Source: Chlamydiales bacterium (GTDB lineage Bacteria; Chlamydiota; Chlamydiia; Chlamydiales; Rhabdochlamydiaceae). Taken from it: a DNA stretch of 26,099 bases. Made by a program: the position numbers and the translations under genes. Under the pieces are notes generated by a model that was not told the DNA's origin, did not search any database, and worked only from the letters and a program-made list of their open reading frames with translations. The stretch lies in NCBI GenBank assembly GCA_040382555.1, contig JBEIFG010000001.1, forward strand, positions 1 to 26,099. The letters are read 5' to 3'. Below are positions 22,974-26,099 of this stretch, in pieces; position 1 is the first letter of the stretch, and each line of letters begins with the position of its first letter.

Positions 22974-25658
22974 ATGTCTGAATTGATTTTTTCTTTTGAA
23001 GTAGAAAAAAAAGAAAAAGAGAATTTTTTGGTCTTGCATGTATTGGATAAAGCACTGGGTCCCTCTAGAATCATATATGCAGATAGATTCAAAAAGCCCT
23101 CTCTTCAGGAAAAAGAACTATTTTCGCTATTGCTCAAAGAGCATTTGAAAATGCTGGGTATTTCTGCTTTGAGTGGTATATTAGAAACTGTTTCTATTTC
23201 GAAAATTAAAATCTCACCCACGAAAGCACTTGAGGTCATTAAAGCTTTAGCTATAGCTAAAAAATTAAATTACAAAAACAAGAGTGTTTTTTTTAATCCC
23301 TTTGCCAAGGTTGAGGTTTTTTACAAAGTAAAAAACGATCAAGGGCAACTTGAGGTGCAGGGATTTGTACGCATAGAAGAAAAAGAGCATACTTTTTCTT
23401 CATTGGACATTTTTTTCTCTACAGAGCCTATGTGGTGTCTTATAGATCAGATGGTAGTCCCGGTACGTATATCGGATAAAAATTTATTTCATAGAGTATA
23501 TCCTTCAGGGCTTTACCTAGAGGGTAAGAAGAGAGAAGAATTTATAGATTTTTACTCAGACGACGAAGAGGTGAGTATACAGTGGCAAAATGTTTTTGAA
23601 GGACAAAGTCCTGTAGATGGCTCTGCTATTGATGCTCTTCCTGTTCTTAAATTGCAGGATACTCACGGATCTTTTGCTAACTTATTTATGGATTACGGTA
23701 ATTTAGGATTTGTCTGTTTTCATGAAGGTAGGGAAAAATTTAGAAATCTTTCGCTAGAAAAAAGCTGGGAAAAGGATTTACTGGAAACTGGTTTTCAAAA
23801 GAAAATAGTGGGTAGTTCTTTTTACTACTGCCCCTTGGATCAAGTAACGAAAACTTTGAGTTTCTTGTTAGAAATTGGATGGAAGGTGTTAGATACTAAG
23901 GGTAGAAGAGTGTGTCGTCATAAAGAATCAGAAGTGAAAATACTTGAGCAAGACGGTGGAGTACTTGTAAAAGGAAAGGTTCGATATGAAGATCACGAAA
24001 CAAATCTTCAAGATGTGGTGGGTGCATTTAATCGACGAGACAGATTTGTGGAATTAAGTCCTAATGCTGTGGGTCTGATTGATAATTTAAAAATTGAAGA
24101 AGAGCTCACCGATCTCACACTTGCACACATAGACAGTGAAGGTCTTAGATTCAAAAAACATCAGGTAGGTCTTTTAGATGGATTGATTCAAAAAAAGCAT
24201 GCCTCCGTCGTTTCGCTAACTCACCCTTTAATCGATCGCATAAAAGGCTGTAGTAGTAATCTGTCTATAGAGGTTTCTCCCCTATTCCAAGGAGTATTAT
24301 ATGCCTATCAGCAAGCTGGTATAGAGTGGCTTGGTTTTTTGCATCGTTTTGGTTTATCTGGATTGCTAGCAGACGACATGGGATTGGGCAAAACAATACA
24401 AGTGCTTGCTTTCTTATCTACAATAGATCTCAAAGAACCAGTCTTAATTGTAGCGCCCACTTCACTGCTATTTAATTGGCGACGTGAGTGGGAGAAGTTT
24501 TTGCCTACCACAGCAGTGTATATACATAGCGGCAAGGAAAGATTAAGGACAAAAGACGAGATCAGCGGGCAAAAAGTCATACTCACTTCTTACTCTTATT
24601 TAAGGATTGATCGGGGTTTATTTCAAAACAATGATTTTGATTGCGTTATCCTTGATGAAGCGCAAATGATAAAAAATCCAGATAGTCAAGTGGCAGAAGC
24701 TGCCTGCTGTTTAAAGGCTAAGATGAAGTTGGCAATCACAGGAACACCTGTAGAGAATCGCTGGGATGATATGTGGTCATTATTTCATTTTTTAGAGCCT
24801 GACCTGCTAGAAACAAGAAAAGAATTTCATGCTCAAATGATGGCCGCTCAACTAGATGATCGTTACTTGAGACGAGTTAAGAAAAAAATAAAGCCCTTTC
24901 TTTTAAGAAGAACTAAAGAGGAAGTGTCCTTAGATCTGCCGGAAAAAATTGTGCAAACCGTCTGGGTGGAAATGTCTTCTCTTCAAAAGGATTTTTACGA
25001 GGGATTGCTTACTAAGGGACGACGTATTCTAAAACAAGTAGAAGCTGGAGAAGCTGCAAGTAGAATGCAAGTTTTAGAGGCTCTTCTGCGCTTACGCCAA
25101 ACATGCTGTCATCCTTATCTTGTCGATAAAACCCTTCAGCCGCAACCTGAAGTAAGTGCTAAGATGGAAAGAATTCTTCTCGATATGGAGGAAGTTGTAA
25201 ACCAGGGTAGAAAAGTAATTATCTTTAGTCAATTTACAGAAATGCTAGCACTTTTGGAAAATCAAATAAAACAAGCAGGCTACAGATATGCTTATCTTGA
25301 TGGTTCTACAAGAAATCGTGAGGATGTGGTAAGATCTTTCCAGGAAGATCCTTCCGTCAAAATCTTTTTAATGAGCTTAAAAGCAGGCGGTGTGGGTTTA
25401 AATCTTACTGCTGCAGACTATGTATTTATAGTAGATCCATGGTGGAATGAGGCCGCTGAAAAGCAAGCTATCGATAGAGCATATCGCCTTGGCCGCCGTG
25501 AGGTGGTCGTGGCACGTAGATACGTAACGGCGGAGAGTGTAGAAGAAAAGATCATGAAGCTTAAAGAGCAAAAATCTAAAATGGCTGAAAGCCTTACAGA
25601 TATGGAAGGGGATCTTGCTACTTTTGGGATGCAAGATCTCTACCTTTTGCTACAATAA
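22974..25658 (+). CDS. SNF2/SWI2-family ATPase
   Basis: LADDMGLGKT (motif I), APTSLL.NW, ILDEAQ (II), ITGTPVEN (III), FSQF (IV), SLKAGGVGLNL (V), QAIDRAYRLG (VI). About 430-aa unrecognised N-terminus. Confidence 0.92.
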   Translation: MSELIFSFEVEKKEKENFLVLHVLDKALGPSRIIYADRFKKPSLQEKELFSLLLKEHLKMLGISALSGILETVSISKIKISPTKALEVIKALAIAKKLNYKNKSVFFNPFAKVEVFYKVKNDQGQLEVQGFVRIEEKEHTFSSLDIFFSTEPMWCLIDQMVVPVRISDKNLFHRVYPSGLYLEGKKREEFIDFYSDDEEVSIQWQNVFEGQSPVDGSAIDALPVLKLQDTHGSFANLFMDYGNLGFVCFHEGREKFRNLSLEKSWEKDLLETGFQKKIVGSSFYYCPLDQVTKTLSFLLEIGWKVLDTKGRRVCRHKESEVKILEQDGGVLVKGKVRYEDHETNLQDVVGAFNRRDRFVELSPNAVGLIDNLKIEEELTDLTLAHIDSEGLRFKKHQVGLLDGLIQKKHASVVSLTHPLIDRIKGCSSNLSIEVSPLFQGVLYAYQQAGIEWLGFLHRFGLSGLLADDMGLGKTIQVLAFLSTIDLKEPVLIVAPTSLLFNWRREWEKFLPTTAVYIHSGKERLRTKDEISGQKVILTSYSYLRIDRGLFQNNDFDCVILDEAQMIKNPDSQVAEAACCLKAKMKLAITGTPVENRWDDMWSLFHFLEPDLLETRKEFHAQMMAAQLDDRYLRRVKKKIKPFLLRRTKEEVSLDLPEKIVQTVWVEMSSLQKDFYEGLLTKGRRILKQVEAGEAASRMQVLEALLRLRQTCCHPYLVDKTLQPQPEVSAKMERILLDMEEVVNQGRKVIIFSQFTEMLALLENQIKQAGYRYAYLDGSTRNREDVVRSFQEDPSVKIFLMSLKAGGVGLNLTAADYVFIVDPWWNEAAEKQAIDRAYRLGRREVVVARRYVTAESVEEKIMKLKEQKSKMAESLTDMEGDLATFGMQDLYLLLQ

Positions 25659-25659
25659 A

Positions 25660-25839
25660 TCATTCTTTATTCGTTTTGTCCTGCTCTAATATTTCTTGAG
25701 CGGCAAACTTCAGTGTTTTTAAGCCCTCTTCGAACCCAATCTTTCGAAGTAGGGTGTCTAAAAAACGAAATTCTGCTACGAGCTGATCATTCACTGATTC
25801 TAGCTCAGCTATTCTTTTTAGAAGTTTATTTTGATCCAT
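25660..25839 (-). CDS. Small hypothetical protein (59 aa), not in the ORF track: MDQNKLLKRIAELESVNDQLVAEFRFLDTLLRKIGFEEGLKTLKFAAQEILEQDKTNKE
   Basis: Manually translated. Strong RBS GGAGG 5 nt before the ATG, coiled-coil-like sequence, stop codon 1 bp from the convergent SNF2 stop. Confidence 0.78.
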   Translation of the reverse strand: MDQNKLLKRIAELESVNDQLVAEFRFLDTLLRKIGFEEGLKTLKFAAQEILEQDKTNKE

Positions 25840-25964
25840 ATTTACCTCCGCTTTTCATATAAAAATATGTAGCAATAAGTGTGCCAAGTCGAATTCTTTG
25901 GAAAAAAAAGGAGTGGTTCATAGAATGAGCTTTAAATAGCTATTTATTTCTTTAGGAATCCCTT

Positions 25965-26099
25965 ATGAATAGATTAAGTGTACTATTATTTTTATCGAGT
26001 CTCTTGCTAAGTGGGTGTCAAGATAAAGAAGAAGAGCACGTAGACTGGGATAGAATTTCTCAGTTATTTGATGAAGAAGAAAGTGTGGAGTGGGAAGCT
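25965..26099 (+). CDS. Lipoprotein, N-terminal part (runs off the window): MNRLSVLLFLSSLLLSGCQDKEEEHVDWDRISQLFDEEESVEWEA
   Basis: Manually translated. AGGAA upstream, basic-hydrophobic signal and lipobox LSG-C at Cys18. Frame is open to the window end. Confidence 0.7.
   Translation, partial: MNRLSVLLFLSSLLLSGCQDKEEEHVDWDRISQLFDEEESVEWEA

Noticed and set aside
14510-25634. Short ORF-track entries 14510-14701, 14542-14730, 16787-17047, 18601-18813, 19756-19989, 20454-20675, 20728-20982, 21068-21298, 21381-21644, 24308-24586 and 25398-25634
   Set aside because: Shadow ORFs of hemA, nfo/asnS, murJ, the SDR gene, rpsD, trhO and the SNF2 gene.

Overview
AT-rich window that reads as core chromosome of an environmental member of the Chlamydiota. 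This is inferred from chlamydial-type rpsD, hemA and KH proteins and from gene neighbourhoods that resemble, from memory, Chlamydia trachomatis CT653-CT662 and CT624-CT627. Housekeeping content: kdsA-lptC-like-lptA-like-lptB, dapB, tRNA-Arg(UCU), khpA, an MFS transporter, rluD, recX, hemA, nfo-asnS, murJ, an atypical SDR, rpsD, trhO and a SNF2 ATPase. No mobile element, CRISPR array or rRNA is visible. The best leads are: (1) an 888-aa protein with a near-complete family II (DHH/DHHA2) Mn-pyrophosphatase motif set, interrupted by a CBS-like pair that encloses a ~170-aa predicted helical domain where known CBS-PPases carry DRTGG; (2) an orphan, shortened SctC/CdsC-like secretin divergent from a CT273/DUF5399-like gene; (3) two small ORFs with Ser-rich N-termini, one with a near-consensus promoter, RBS and terminator; (4) a 7-Cys DUF116-like protein; (5) a 59-aa gene missed by the ORF track. 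All family assignments come from motif reading by eye; no database search was run.
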